The notes below the pieces were generated by a model. That model was not told where the DNA came from and made no database searches. It saw only the letters and a list, made by a program, of their open reading frames with translations. DNA of 64,000 bases from Candidatus Udaeobacter sp. (GTDB lineage: Bacteria; Patescibacteriota; Patescibacteriia; Magasanikbacterales; GWA2-37-8). Location: positions 4,399 to 68,398 of the forward strand of contig DATION010000005.1 in the NCBI GenBank assembly GCA_035473115.1, read 5' to 3'. Within the stretch, counting starts at the first letter, position 1. Every line of letters starts with the position of its first letter. Shown here piece by piece: positions 39,725 to 50,485 of this stretch. The translations under genes were made by a program, and so were the position numbers.

Positions 39725-40579
39725 TTATTTTCGTAAATATTTTGCTTTGTTGGCATTCTGCTCATCTAAAGTATGGCCGTAATGCATATGTCCGTCTTTG
39801 TCCGACAAGAAATACCAATAACTATTTTTCTCCGGATAGATAGCTGCTTTGATCGAGTCTAGTCCCGGATTAGAAATTGGACCAGGGGGCAAACCTTTGT
39901 ATTTATAGGTATTCCAAGGTGAATTAACATCCCGTTCTTTATCCGTAGTAAACACATCACCAGTCCTATCGACTGCATAATGGACACTAGAATCAACTTG
40001 CAAGGCCCAACCTTTGGCCAGACGGCGCCATAGAATATCAGCCACTATCGCTCTATCTTCAGGATATTTAACTTCTTTTTCAATAATACTGGCCATGGTT
40101 AAAATTTCATGAAAACTATGATTTTGTGCTGTTCCTATTACATCTACTACATCTACGCTTAATTCACCGTTTCTTTCTTTTAAGAATTTTTCAAATATAC
40201 TCTCCAGACTGCTATCTGCAAAAACTCGATAAGTTTCTGGAGCTAAATAGCCTTCATAGCTTAAATTATACGGTTTTAAATTCCAGACTCCTTCAACGCT
40301 GCTCAACAAACGCTTGGCTTCAAAATCAGAACGATAAACCTTGGCCGGAGAGCCGGAAATTTTATAAACATCTTCGGTAGTGCTGGCAAAACCTTTTAAA
40401 ACCAAATAATCGGCCACTTGCCGTAAATTCCAGCCGGGAATAATAGTTAAAACTACTTCCTCTCGCGGAGGCAAAGGAACATATTTTGGATGAACTCTTT
40501 GATAATACCAAACACTGCTAGCTGCGGCGGCTAAACAGATAAACATGGAAATCAAAATTGATTTTTGATTGAATGACAT
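39725..40579 (-). CDS. mltG: Endolytic transglycosylase MltG (YceG family)
   Basis: EGYLAPETY, ASIIEKEV and SPWNTYKYKGLPPGPISNPG. Confidence 0.9.
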   Translation of the reverse strand: MSFNQKSILISMFICLAAAASSVWYYQRVHPKYVPLPPREEVVLTIIPGWNLRQVADYLVLKGFASTTEDVYKISGSPAKVYRSDFEAKRLLSSVEGVWNLKPYNLSYEGYLAPETYRVFADSSLESIFEKFLKERNGELSVDVVDVIGTAQNHSFHEILTMASIIEKEVKYPEDRAIVADILWRRLAKGWALQVDSSVHYAVDRTGDVFTTDKERDVNSPWNTYKYKGLPPGPISNPGLDSIKAAIYPEKNSYWYFLSDKDGHMHYGHTLDEQNANKAKYLRK

Positions 40580-40593
40580 AAAAAATTAGCTAG

Positions 40594-40684
40594 TTTAACC
40601 AATACTGATTTTTGCAGTGGCCATCGCACCCTCAGGAGAGTGCCCGCAGGGCATTTGGCTACAAGAAAATTAGTATTGGTTAAA
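40594..40684 (+). repeat. Family B element, copy B4
   Basis: 19-bp outer stem TTTAACCAATACTGATTTT/AAAATTAGTATTGGTTAAA around GCAGTGGCCATCGCACCCTCAGGAGAGTGCCCGCAGGGCATTTGGCTAC. Confidence 0.9.
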
Positions 40685-40689
40685 TATAT

Positions 40690-41382
40690 TTACTCAACCC
40701 AATTTTCTTTGGCCCATTCTAATCTTTCTGGCACGCCGATATCTACCCACGGCTTATCTGACTCATACACATACAGATCAGTCATTTTTGGAAAAACATC
40801 ATACTCAATACTAAATGATTTTTGATCTGGAAAATATTTTTTTGCTTGAGTGTTAAACAGATAAATTCCGCCATTTATATAACCCGGCTGGTGCAAGCCT
40901 TCTTTTTCTTTGAATTTTTTAAGATGAAAACTTTTGTTATATTCCAAAGTTCCATAACTGGCAGCATCTTCTACTTTTGACCCAAGAATAATTCCGTCGC
41001 TTTCCGGCAATAAATATTTTGCCATATCCGGCAAATCTATAGTAGTTAAAACATCACCGTTTAAGATAATGGTTGGATCGTTTTGCTTAGACAGGTATTC
41101 CCAAGCATGCTTAATGGCGCCACCAGTACCCAATTTTTCTTGCTCAATGGCATAAATTAAATCTACTCCGTCTTTGTGCAAACCAACAGTTTCGTGCAAA
41201 ACTTCAGCCAGATGACCGGCAGCCAAAACAACTTCGGTAATACCTAAACTTTTTAGTTTTTCCAGTTGCCACTGCAAAACTGTTTTGCCTTTAATTTCTA
41301 GTAAAATTTTTGGTATGCTTTTGGTAATTTCTCCCAAACGAGTAGATAAACCACCGCATAAAATTATAGCATTCAAATTCAT
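40690..41382 (-). CDS. Nucleotidyltransferase (NDP-sugar pyrophosphorylase family)
   Basis: AIILCGGLSTRL..PK, LGTGGAI, LNGDV, INGGIY and WVDIG; start placed at MNLNA, overlapping the PAP2 stop. Confidence 0.88.
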   Translation of the reverse strand: MNLNAIILCGGLSTRLGEITKSIPKILLEIKGKTVLQWQLEKLKSLGITEVVLAAGHLAEVLHETVGLHKDGVDLIYAIEQEKLGTGGAIKHAWEYLSKQNDPTIILNGDVLTTIDLPDMAKYLLPESDGIILGSKVEDAASYGTLEYNKSFHLKKFKEKEGLHQPGYINGGIYLFNTQAKKYFPDQKSFSIEYDVFPKMTDLYVYESDKPWVDIGVPERLEWAKENWVE

Positions 41383-41903
41383 AGGAAACTCATTACACAA
41401 TAGGCTAAACTTGTAGCAAATAACGCTACGCCAATTCCACCCAAAATATCTAATGGATAATGCAACCCGGCATAAACCCTTCCCCAAACTACCCATAAAG
41501 CCATTATTAACAAAGCCCAAGCGCCGGGCAGATGAAAAAGAAAAGCCATAAAGGCGATAAGAAAAGCAGACATGCTATGATCGGAAGGGAAAGTTTTCCA
41601 ACTTGAAAGCGGTTTAAATAAAAGTTTAGTTTGCGGATAAGAAATATACGGACGAGGCTCGTGCAGAGATAAGCCGATCAAAAAATTTATTAGCCAGCTA
41701 ACTACCCAAGCTACAGCCAAAAAAATCAAAGGCAAAAATACCAACCTTTTGTCCGGCGCGCGATCTATTAAATCACTGGCAACATACCAGGCAACCATTG
41801 CCACTACCACTAATTCTGCGCCAGCTCGACCAAAACTATCCAATAACTTGGATTTGCCTGATAAACCATTAATTTTTAGGAAAATTTCTGTATTCATACC
41901 CAT
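41379..41903 (-). CDS. PAP2-family phosphatase (undecaprenyl-PP phosphatase-like)
   Basis: PRP, FPSDH and GRVYAGLHYPLD. Confidence 0.88.
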   Translation of the reverse strand: MGMNTEIFLKINGLSGKSKLLDSFGRAGAELVVVAMVAWYVASDLIDRAPDKRLVFLPLIFLAVAWVVSWLINFLIGLSLHEPRPYISYPQTKLLFKPLSSWKTFPSDHSMSAFLIAFMAFLFHLPGAWALLIMALWVVWGRVYAGLHYPLDILGGIGVALFATSLAYCVMSFL

Positions 41904-41999
41904 AAAAAGTAATGGTATTTTAACAGCTTAAAATACGTTTGGCAATGCTATATTAAGACTTGAAATTATTATAAATAATGCTATACTTACTCCAAAATT

Positions 42000-42072
42000 G
42001 CGCCTGTAACTCATCGGTTAGAGTGCCACCCTTATAAGGTGGAAGCAGATGGTTCGATTCCATCCAGGCGCA
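42000..42072 (+). tRNA. tRNA-Ile(UAU)
   Basis: Acceptor GCGCCTG/CAGGCGC, anticodon arm CCACC-CT-TAT-AA-GGTGG and T arm GATGG-TTCGATT-CCATC; CCA not encoded. Confidence 0.93.
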
Positions 42073-42104
42073 CAAAACTTGTATTTTCTCTAAAAAACAG
42101 ATGC

Positions 42105-42162
42105 ATCTGCGTAGTTCGCGGAAAATGAAAATTTATTTTCATTTTCCGGTTCTCTAACAGAT
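42105..42162. repeat. Long hairpin downstream of tRNA-Ile
   Basis: Perfect 14-bp CGGAAAATGAAAAT/ATTTTCATTTTCCG closed by ATCTG..TAG/CTA..CAGAT. Confidence 0.55.
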
Positions 42163-42255
42163 ATAATGTTTTTATTTAAAAATAAAATTTGCTTTATATA
42201 GTATTACAGCTATAATAAATTTATCTCCACTACTTACCCAGACAAGGAGTATTTT

Positions 42256-42690
42256 ATGTCAGTTAAATGGGAAGCTCCTCCCGATGGCAGAAAATGGGAA
42301 ATCCATCAATTACAAGGGGTGATAGCAAGGCAGGTAATAATTGACTATAGCTGGCCAATACTAAACTGGTGGATTTTGAAAAAAATTAACCGGTGGTTAA
42401 TGAAACCAGCGATCATAATCAGTATTGACGCGGAAGACTTGTTCATTTTCAATCAAATAGTGATCGAAGTCGAACCTTCGTTTCCATTTGGGATAGAAGG
42501 CAGAATAATGGTACAATTGGAAAATGAAGGGTGGTTTGAAAAATTCCCTGAAGGAACAAAGGTAAAGGTATCGCTAGGAATGCCTAAGGGCTGGGAAACG
42601 ATATTCACCAATAGCTACAGCATCGAGGTGCTACAGGTGGAACCTCTTCCTGATCCACAATCAGAGCTATTGGTGATAAATGAATTTTGA
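42256..42690 (+). CDS. Hypothetical orphan protein
   Basis: SD AAGGAG, promoter TTGCTT-16-TATAAT (42189-42216) and downstream CCCGCCA/TGGCGGG hairpin. Confidence 0.65.
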   Translation: MSVKWEAPPDGRKWEIHQLQGVIARQVIIDYSWPILNWWILKKINRWLMKPAIIISIDAEDLFIFNQIVIEVEPSFPFGIEGRIMVQLENEGWFEKFPEGTKVKVSLGMPKGWETIFTNSYSIEVLQVEPLPDPQSELLVINEF

Positions 42691-42795
42691 TTTCCGCCTC
42701 CCCCTCCCACCCGCCACGTCTCCGGACCTGGCGGGACAATGTTTTTAATAAGCCTTTTCTTTACTATTTTAAAGCAAAATGCTACAATTCACTTA

Positions 42796-43749
42796 ATGAA
42801 AACCTCAATTTTAAACAACATAAAAGTCTCAAAAACCAATGCCGACCAGCGGCTTGATGTTTTTTTAGCCAAAAAATTAAAAATAACCCGCTCACAAGTC
42901 CAGAAAATGATTGAGATGGAACAAGTTTTCGTAAATAATAAATTACCAAAAAAACCTGGTGACAATTTGAGAGCTGACGCGATTATTGAAATAAAAAAAG
43001 GCAAAATCACGGCCGCTGCTTCCGAAAAAAAATCAGAAGCCAAAATAAAATTTGACGTAAAAATTGTTGCCGAAACTCCGGATTATGTTGTAGTCGAAAA
43101 ACCTATCGGCATGCTGGTTCACCCAACTATGGCCGAAGAAAAAAATACTTTGGCTAATTTTATAGTCAAAAAATATCCAGCCATAAAAAAAGTTGGCGAT
43201 GATCCAATGCGTCCGGGTATAGTTCACCGACTCGATAAAGAAGCTTCCGGACTAATGGTAATTGCTCGAACACAAAAAATGTTCAACCACTTAAAAGAGC
43301 AATTTAAAAACCGAACCATTACCAAAGAATATATCGCTTTGGTTCATGGACCAATGCCAAGAAATTGGGACGAAATTAACTTCCCGATATCTAGATCCGA
43401 GACATCTGATCGCATGGCTGCTATCCCCACTAGTGAAGCCGAGCGCGGCAAAGAAGCTAAAACAGAATTTTTGGTAGAAAAAAATTATGTAAATTTTTCT
43501 CTGCTGCGGATAAAAATCCATACTGGCCGTATGCACCAAATTCGTGTTCATATGCTGGCCTACAATCACCCGCTGGTTGGCGATCCGCTATATTTTCAAA
43601 AAAAACAAAAACGAGTTTGGGACGAAAGATTAGGTAGGCTTTTTTTACACTCCACCAAGCTCGGCTTCGTTGATCTGGCCGGAGAAACTCAGGAATTTTT
43701 ATCCCCTTTACCAAAGGAGTTAGATGAATTCTTAAAATTATTAAAGTAA
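42796..43749 (+). CDS. RluA/RluD-family pseudouridine synthase with S4 domain
   Basis: QRLDVFL, KPIGMLVHP, HRLDKEASG, TGRMHQIRVH and GDPLY. Confidence 0.93.
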   Translation: MKTSILNNIKVSKTNADQRLDVFLAKKLKITRSQVQKMIEMEQVFVNNKLPKKPGDNLRADAIIEIKKGKITAAASEKKSEAKIKFDVKIVAETPDYVVVEKPIGMLVHPTMAEEKNTLANFIVKKYPAIKKVGDDPMRPGIVHRLDKEASGLMVIARTQKMFNHLKEQFKNRTITKEYIALVHGPMPRNWDEINFPISRSETSDRMAAIPTSEAERGKEAKTEFLVEKNYVNFSLLRIKIHTGRMHQIRVHMLAYNHPLVGDPLYFQKKQKRVWDERLGRLFLHSTKLGFVDLAGETQEFLSPLPKELDEFLKLLK

Positions 43750-43750
43750 T

Positions 43751-44347
43751 ATGTCGGACAATCAGGGTTTATTTGTAATAATTTCTTCACCAACCGGTGG
43801 CGGCAAGGATACAGTCATAGAACATTTAGTAAAAATATTTCCCAACTCCACTCGACTTATTACTACCACTTCACGCTCGCCTCGCCCCACCGACCAACAA
43901 GGCGTGACTTATAATTTTATCTCTAAAGAAGACTTTGAAGCCAAAATAAAACAAGATTATTTTTTGGAATACAATAATTTTGCCGGCAATTATTATGGCA
44001 CTCCTAAAAATTATTTATCAAATCTCTTAAAGCAGCATTCTCTGGTTTTCTCTAATATCGATGTCAACGGCAAACATAGCCTGGACCGATTAGAAATAGC
44101 CAACTTATCATGTTTTCTTCTGCCAGAAAGCATGGAAATCCTAAAAAACCGGGCTAAAAAGCGCGGTGGCATGACCGAACAGATGCTTGAAGATAGAATG
44201 AAAATCGGTCTGGAAGAGATAGCCAAGGCCAAAGACTATGATTATCAGGTTACTAACTATGAAGGAAAGCTAGACCAAACCGTAGACACTATAGCTAAAA
44301 TTATCAAAAAACACCTAGGAAATAGCCTACCAGTTGACAAAAAATAA
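43751..44347 (+). CDS. gmk: Guanylate kinase
   Basis: SSPTGGGKDT, TTTSRSPR and GNYYGTP. Confidence 0.92.
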   Translation: MSDNQGLFVIISSPTGGGKDTVIEHLVKIFPNSTRLITTTSRSPRPTDQQGVTYNFISKEDFEAKIKQDYFLEYNNFAGNYYGTPKNYLSNLLKQHSLVFSNIDVNGKHSLDRLEIANLSCFLLPESMEILKNRAKKRGGMTEQMLEDRMKIGLEEIAKAKDYDYQVTNYEGKLDQTVDTIAKIIKKHLGNSLPVDKK

Positions 44348-44398
44348 ATAATAGGCTAAGATATGCCAACAAACAGTTAAACCTAAGTTATTATTTTT

Positions 44399-44734
44399 AT
44401 GACAGAAGCTACAGCAACTACCGCCTATAAACCGGGAATGGTAGTCAAAGTTCACCAAAAAATCAAAGAAACCAATACTAAAGGAGAAGAAAAGGAACGT
44501 GTCCAGATTTTTGAAGGCATAATTATTGCCGCCAAACACGGCCAAGAATCCGGCGGCACAATTACCGTTCGCAAAATTGCCAGCGGTGTGGGTGTAGAAA
44601 AAATTTTCCCTATTCACTCCCCTGCTATCAGCAAAATCGAAGTAGTAAAACAATATGAAGTTAGCCGCGCTAAATTAAACTTCTTACGCGATCCGGAATT
44701 TAAACGAAAAATGAAAGAAAAGAAAGTAGCTTAA
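44399..44734 (+). CDS. rplS: 50S ribosomal protein L19
   Basis: ERVQIFEG, TVRKIASGVGVEKIFPIHSP and RAKL.FLR. Confidence 0.96.
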   Translation: MTEATATTAYKPGMVVKVHQKIKETNTKGEEKERVQIFEGIIIAAKHGQESGGTITVRKIASGVGVEKIFPIHSPAISKIEVVKQYEVSRAKLNFLRDPEFKRKMKEKKVA

Positions 44735-44742
44735 AAAATACC

Positions 44743-44778
44743 AAACTAAAAACCTCCTACTCGGGAGGTTTTTAGTTT
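44743..44778. terminator. Bidirectional terminator rplS/uvrA
   Basis: AAACTAAAAACCTCC-loop-GGAGGTTTTTAGTTT. Confidence 0.8.
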
Positions 44779-44788
44779 ATATTCAAAT

Positions 44789-47632
44789 CTAAATTGTCTT
44801 TAGGTATTTGCCTGTCCAACTATCTTTAGCTTTCATTACTTCTTTTGGCGTGCCTTGAGCAACCAACCGGCCGCCATGACGGCCGCCTCCCGGACCCATA
44901 TCAATTATCCAATCCGAACAAGCAATTATTTCCAAATTATGTTCAATAATCACCACGGTATTGCCTTTGCTTACCAAACGATTAAGCACCTGCAAAAGAT
45001 GTTTAATATCTTCAAAATGCAGACCAGTAGTTGGTTCATCTAAAATATATAAAGTTCTGCCAGTAGAGCTGCGCGATAATTCTGTAGCTAACTTTACCCG
45101 CTGGGCTTCACCACCGGATAAATTGGTCGCTGGCTGACCTAAATGCATATAACCTAAGCCGACCTCGCGCAAAATGTTAAGCTTATCGGCAATATTTGAT
45201 ACATCGCTAAAAAAGGTTCGGGCTTCATCTACGGTCATGTTTAAAACATCGGCAATATTTTTATTGCGATAGTGGACTTCTAAAGCTTCTTTGTTATAGC
45301 GAGCGCCATCACATTCATTGCACTGCACATAAACATCAGCCAAAAACTGCATCGGAATTCGCATATAGCCTTCACCAGCGCAAGCTTCACAGCGGCCACC
45401 GCCTTTGACATTAAAACTAAACTTGCCGGCATCGTAGTTGTTCATTCTTGCTTCCGGCAGATCGGCAAATAAATCTCTGATTAAAGTAAAGACACCGGTA
45501 TAAGTGGCTGGGCTGGAACGCGGGGTGCGGCCAATTGGCGATTGATTAATGGCAATGACTTTATCTATATTAGCTATGCCTTTAATATCTTTATGCTCAC
45601 CCGGTTCGTCTTTGGCGCGATAAAAATGCTTAGACAAAGCTTTGCCCAAAATATCTATCACCAAAGTTGATTTTCCAGAACCGGAAACTCCGGTTACACA
45701 AACCAATTTACCCAGCGGAATTTCCACATCCACGTTTTGCAAATTAAAAGCTTTAGCACCAATTATTTTTAATGATTTTTTATCAGCTGATTTTTTACCA
45801 GCTTCTGGGGCGCAAGTTATTTTTTCCCGACCGGATAAATAATCACCGGTTAAAGAATTTTTTGTCTTTTTTATCTGCGCTACTGTGCCTTGAGCCATAA
45901 TCTGTCCGCCGCCCACACCAGCCCCCGGGCCAACATCGATTATATAATCTGCCGCTTCCATCATGGCGCTGTCATGCTCGACCACAATCACGCTATTACC
46001 CATATCACGCAGCGATCTGAGAGTTTCGATTAACATTTTATTATCTTTTGGATGCAAACCAATGCTTGGTTCGTCTAAAATATATATAACACCAATTAAC
46101 CCGGTAGAAAGCTGAGTAGCCAATCTGGTACGGGTCACTTCTCCGCCGGATAAAGTATTCATTGATCTGTCTAAAGCCAAATAATTCAGACCCACTTTTC
46201 CTAAGCTTTCCAATCTTTGCAAGATTTCTTTTAAGACAGGCTTGGCAATCATGGTTCTTTGAGCTTGGCTTAGTCCGGTTGAACCCACAGTGTTCAAAAT
46301 TTTTGTCGGCATTACTTTAAAAAAAGCAATATTGTCTTCAATGCTTAAGGCCGATAAATCAGCAATATTATAATCGCCTATTTTAACAGCCAAAGAATTT
46401 TTGTTTAAACGCTTACCTTCGCAAACCGGACAAACAGTTTCTCGCATATACTGCTCAATCTCTTTGCGTACATACTCGGAATCGGTTTCCAGATGTCTCT
46501 GCAATAAATTGGGAATAACACCAGAAAAAACTGTTTTCTTGCCATCAACTATATATTCTTCATTCCCAGTGCCCTGCAAAATTATATTTTTTATTTTTTG
46601 ATCGAATTCTTTGACCGGAGTATTTATAGAAAAACTATGCTTTTCGGCTACAGCGGCAATAATTTTGTGATACCAATTTTGATTGCCGGTAATTCTCATC
46701 CACGGCTGAATCGCGCCTTCGGCCAAAGTTAAACGATCATTGGGAATAACCAACTGTTCATCTACTTCTTGGGTAATGCCCAAACCAGTGCAGCGCGGAC
46801 AGGCTCCATAAGGACTGTTAAAGCTGAAGCTGCGCATATCAAGCGGCGGCACTACTTTGCCGCACTTTGGACATAAGCCAATGGTAGAAAAAGTTTCATC
46901 TTTTTTATTATTAGAAACTATTACCAAACCATTGCTTAAATCCAGAGCCACTTCTACCATCTTCATTAAATCCTGCTTTTTAACATCTTCAATCTTTCCT
47001 ACCATCAAATCAACATTGTATGTTTTATCCTCAAAAAATTTAAACTTGGCCAAATCATTTATTTTCATCAATTCACCATTTACTCGCACCCATTCATAGC
47101 CTGATTTTTCTACTTTTTCCAACAGACTGCCGGCTTTAACTTTAGCCGCTTTCACTAAAGGAGAAAGCACCAGCAGCTCCCCATCTTTTCTGGTTCGGCG
47201 GCGAATTTCTTCCAAAATAGATCCGGGCGTATAAAAACGCACAGCTTCATGACAATCCGGACAGTACTGTTGGCCGATTTTAGAAAACAACAAACGCAAA
47301 TAATCATAGATTTCGGTGACGGTACCGACAGTGGAACGAGGATTTTGCGTATAACTTTTTTGATCAATGGCAATAGTTGGTGACAAACCATCAATACTAT
47401 CTACGTCCGGCTTATCCCGCACTTCCATGAATTGGCGGGCGTAAGAAGAAAGCGATTCGGCATAACGGCGCTGGCCTTCGGCATAAATAGTATCAAAAGC
47501 TAGGCTGGATTTTCCTGAACCTGATAAACCGGTAATTACCACCAATTTATTTTTAGGAATTTCTAAAGAAACGTTTTTTAAATTATGAACACGAGCGCCT
47601 TTAATGATGAGTTTATCGTGTTGATTTGGCAT
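44789..47632 (-). CDS. uvrA: Excinuclease ABC subunit A
   Basis: [23 protein letters not shown], two [14 protein letters not shown] and Zn fingers; start placed at MPNQ. Confidence 0.98.
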   Translation of the reverse strand: MPNQHDKLIIKGARVHNLKNVSLEIPKNKLVVITGLSGSGKSSLAFDTIYAEGQRRYAESLSSYARQFMEVRDKPDVDSIDGLSPTIAIDQKSYTQNPRSTVGTVTEIYDYLRLLFSKIGQQYCPDCHEAVRFYTPGSILEEIRRRTRKDGELLVLSPLVKAAKVKAGSLLEKVEKSGYEWVRVNGELMKINDLAKFKFFEDKTYNVDLMVGKIEDVKKQDLMKMVEVALDLSNGLVIVSNNKKDETFSTIGLCPKCGKVVPPLDMRSFSFNSPYGACPRCTGLGITQEVDEQLVIPNDRLTLAEGAIQPWMRITGNQNWYHKIIAAVAEKHSFSINTPVKEFDQKIKNIILQGTGNEEYIVDGKKTVFSGVIPNLLQRHLETDSEYVRKEIEQYMRETVCPVCEGKRLNKNSLAVKIGDYNIADLSALSIEDNIAFFKVMPTKILNTVGSTGLSQAQRTMIAKPVLKEILQRLESLGKVGLNYLALDRSMNTLSGGEVTRTRLATQLSTGLIGVIYILDEPSIGLHPKDNKMLIETLRSLRDMGNSVIVVEHDSAMMEAADYIIDVGPGAGVGGGQIMAQGTVAQIKKTKNSLTGDYLSGREKITCAPEAGKKSADKKSLKIIGAKAFNLQNVDVEIPLGKLVCVTGVSGSGKSTLVIDILGKALSKHFYRAKDEPGEHKDIKGIANIDKVIAINQSPIGRTPRSSPATYTGVFTLIRDLFADLPEARMNNYDAGKFSFNVKGGGRCEACAGEGYMRIPMQFLADVYVQCNECDGARYNKEALEVHYRNKNIADVLNMTVDEARTFFSDVSNIADKLNILREVGLGYMHLGQPATNLSGGEAQRVKLATELSRSSTGRTLYILDEPTTGLHFEDIKHLLQVLNRLVSKGNTVVIIEHNLEIIACSDWIIDMGPGGGRHGGRLVAQGTPKEVMKAKDSWTGKYLKTI

Positions 47633-47726
47633 ATTTACAGAAAAAGTATGAATAAAAGACAAAAATGTTGACGAGTCATTATAGCCATTTTTTTAATGTC
47701 TTGTCAACCCATAGAGCGCCAATACC

Positions 47727-47760
47727 AAAAAAGCCCCGCCAACTGAATTGGCGAGGCTTT
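47727..47760 (-). terminator. Terminator after the pilin-like gene
   Basis: Minus strand AAAGCCTCGCCAA-loop-TTGGCGGGGCTTTTTT. Confidence 0.7.
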
Positions 47761-47775
47761 CATAAAATAACTTTA

Positions 47776-49248
47776 TTATCGATATTTGCTCTCCCAATAA
47801 GCTTTATTTTTGTTGGTTATTTCATTGCCAGAATCCTCCACGCCAGCCACATCTAAATCTAAACGTGCGCCTTTGATAATTTCATCCAGAGAAAATAAAT
47901 ATTTTTGGTCAACTTTATAAACCGAATCAGCCATAGCTGAGTACCTACCTAAATCAACGCCGCCTTTGCCAATTAAGTGCGGTTTATTACCGACAACAAT
48001 TGAATTTTTTATCATATTAAAATCAGCCACAAACCCTTTGACACCATCTGCTCCGTTGCCAGCTCCAAACTGATCACAACGATGCATGGCTTCGTTGATA
48101 ACATCGGAAGCTTTTGAACTTACCGCATACCGACCTTCAGCCGTTGTGCCTCTGCCATCATCTCCAAACTCAAGAGTGGTAAGAAAATCTGTTAAGGCTT
48201 GATGCGAACTGCCCCAATTATGAACCAGTTGGCTTAGATCTTTACATACTACCATCAGCTGAATCTTGCCTGTTGGTGGACAATCCCATGGACCGCCAAG
48301 ATCACCGGCTTGATTTGATATAGCTCCTTCAAAGAAGCCGCAATTTTTTAAAGGACTGGTATAAGATATTCTGCCTGCCAAGCGCACATCACCACATTCA
48401 TAAAACTTTCCATCTTCAGAAAAACAAGATTTTTGATTACCATTTTCTATCGGACAAATATCACCCCGACAATCAGTCTCGCCGCCATTTTCGGCAAAAA
48501 ATCTGCTGCCGCAAGCAAACTGCGGTTCAGTTTTTGGATTTATCCATTTAAATCCGTCCTCTTTGCCGGCGGCAGCGGCAGTAGAAATTGGCGTAGTCTG
48601 CGTTTCTTTGGGAGCGGCGAACATAAATTTAATTGTGCCACTGTTAGCCCCTTCAATGTCAGCGCAAAACTCCGGCATCAAGCTCTGTGATCTGATCAGC
48701 CAAACCTGCGGCAGACGCAAATTAACTAACGCCGGGTTAATTGTGTTTAGAATAAAATAAGACATGTAAGCGATAAAAAGACCGATAAAAGCTCCGCCAA
48801 TTCTTTTTTTGGCGCTGCTGATAGCTTCGCTATTGCCGCCCGAAGTGATCCATTGCGCTCCGGCGATAACAATCACAATCACGGCCACGATACTGGCAAT
48901 GCTTAAAAGGTATTTATACATTAAAACTATAAATTCGCCGACATTGGAAAATTCTGATTTACCACCAAAAGAAATTTCGGTTTTGCTTGTTCCGGCCGGC
49001 AAACATTTACCCCACTGATCATCGCCTTCGCCGCCTGTGCAAGGAGCAGCCGAAGCGTCAGAAATAAACCCGCTGCTATTGTCAGCCGCCCCAAACTGTT
49101 TCCTAATTGTCTCGCAAGCTTTTCTATGCCAGCAAAAAGGGTTAAGTTCGGGCAACTGACTATTAGGATCGGTAGTGGCGGCGCTGGCCGAAAAAGAGAT
49201 AAAAAAACTAAATAAAATTATTGCGCTGATTGTTATTTTTTTTAACAT
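47776..49248 (-). CDS. Cys-rich secreted protein with CPR pilin-like (TrbC/VirB2-like) TM hairpin
   Basis: Signal peptide, IVAVIVIVIAGAQWITSGG...GAFIGLFIAYMSYFILNTINPAL and many Cys; core paralogous to 21802..23265. Confidence 0.7.
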   Translation of the reverse strand: MLKKITISAIILFSFFISFSASAATTDPNSQLPELNPFCWHRKACETIRKQFGAADNSSGFISDASAAPCTGGEGDDQWGKCLPAGTSKTEISFGGKSEFSNVGEFIVLMYKYLLSIASIVAVIVIVIAGAQWITSGGNSEAISSAKKRIGGAFIGLFIAYMSYFILNTINPALVNLRLPQVWLIRSQSLMPEFCADIEGANSGTIKFMFAAPKETQTTPISTAAAAGKEDGFKWINPKTEPQFACGSRFFAENGGETDCRGDICPIENGNQKSCFSEDGKFYECGDVRLAGRISYTSPLKNCGFFEGAISNQAGDLGGPWDCPPTGKIQLMVVCKDLSQLVHNWGSSHQALTDFLTTLEFGDDGRGTTAEGRYAVSSKASDVINEAMHRCDQFGAGNGADGVKGFVADFNMIKNSIVVGNKPHLIGKGGVDLGRYSAMADSVYKVDQKYLFSLDEIIKGARLDLDVAGVEDSGNEITNKNKAYWESKYR

Positions 49249-49269
49249 AAAATTATAATGGCAAATTTT

Positions 49270-49992
49270 TTACAATTCTTTAACCAATTTTTCCCATGCT
49301 TCCCACGGCACTACGCCTTGCGTTTTTTGGCCGTTGATAAAAAAAGTTGGTGTCCCACCTACGCCAAACCTATAACCATCAGCATAATCACGATTTACTT
49401 TGGTGGCAGTCTGATTGTTGGTTAAACATTTTTGTAATTTATCTAAATCCAGATCATTTTGCGAAGCCAGGTTGGCTATATCTGTCGGCGAAAGAGTGAC
49501 CGGCAAAGCATCTTGCTGAGCAAACAAATAATTATGAGTTTTCCAATATTTCCCCTGCTCGTAAGCGCAGACGGCAATTTGTGATAACTTGTCAGTGCCG
49601 GGATGAAGAGATTTGGCCGGAAAATTTCTAAAAATTAATTTTATTTTATAGCCGTATTGATTGGCCAGCCTTTCCATTGTCGGCCAAACTTCTTTGGTAA
49701 ACGGACAGCGAAAATCACCAAAAACCACTATGGTTATGGGTGCGTTAGGATTGCCTAAATAAGGAAAATCGCCTTTTTCCAAAACAGACCTATCTATTTT
49801 TTCTTGGCTCTGGTTGCCGCCCTGCAAAGCGGTAAAGCCACCATAGACCTGCTGCTGCAACAAGCTGCCTTGACCATGTTTTATTTGCCACCAAAATTTA
49901 ACGGTAATAGCGCCAAAAGCAAGCACAACAAAAAGCACCAAACCACCTAAACCTAAAAGGGCTACGCCCCACCCTGTTTGATACCAACGCAT
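49270..49992 (-). CDS. DsbA-family thioredoxin-fold protein (CxxT active site)
   Basis: TM, LGNPNAPITIVVFGDFRCPFT, FRNFP and GVGGTPTFFING. Confidence 0.87.
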   Translation of the reverse strand: MRWYQTGWGVALLGLGGLVLFVVLAFGAITVKFWWQIKHGQGSLLQQQVYGGFTALQGGNQSQEKIDRSVLEKGDFPYLGNPNAPITIVVFGDFRCPFTKEVWPTMERLANQYGYKIKLIFRNFPAKSLHPGTDKLSQIAVCAYEQGKYWKTHNYLFAQQDALPVTLSPTDIANLASQNDLDLDKLQKCLTNNQTATKVNRDYADGYRFGVGGTPTFFINGQKTQGVVPWEAWEKLVKEL

Positions 49993-50134
49993 AGATTAAC
50001 AAATATAACAGTGTAAAATTAAGGCTAAATTATGGTAATATTATACTACATATATAACAAACAACAAAACATTAACCATATTAATAAACAGGTTGTTTCG
50101 CTAAATTTTTACTATAAACCAGTGCCCAGCCTGG

Positions 50135-50163
50135 TTGACAAACTTTCTGATTAATGATACAAT
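50135..50163 (+). promoter_or_regulatory. Sigma70 promoter of secG
   Basis: TTGACA-17-TACAAT with TGn. Confidence 0.7.
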
Positions 50164-50193
50164 GAACTTACTCTAAAATGCTTCCTAAATATT

Positions 50194-50412
50194 ATGTCCG
50201 CAAATTTTTTTAATATCATTCAATTTATTTTAGCCGCTTTACTGGTAACAGTAATTCTTTTGCAGCAAAAAGGCACCGGCCTGAGCGGAGTTTTTGGCGG
50301 TTCCAGCAATATCTACAGCACCAAACGCGGTGTAGATAAAATTTTGTATTTTTCCACGATTATAATCTCTATAGTATTTTTTAGTCTTTCTTTACTTAGA
50401 CTGGCCTTCTAA
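50194..50412 (+). CDS. secG: Preprotein translocase subunit SecG
   Basis: ILLQQKGTGLSGVFGG..TKRG between two TM segments. Confidence 0.92.
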   Translation: MSANFFNIIQFILAALLVTVILLQQKGTGLSGVFGGSSNIYSTKRGVDKILYFSTIIISIVFFSLSLLRLAF

Positions 50413-50485
50413 AAAAGCCAGCTCTTCGTCGTTTTAACTCTCGGGAATAAATCCCAGATAACAGTTGTAAATAAAAAAGCCTTCT

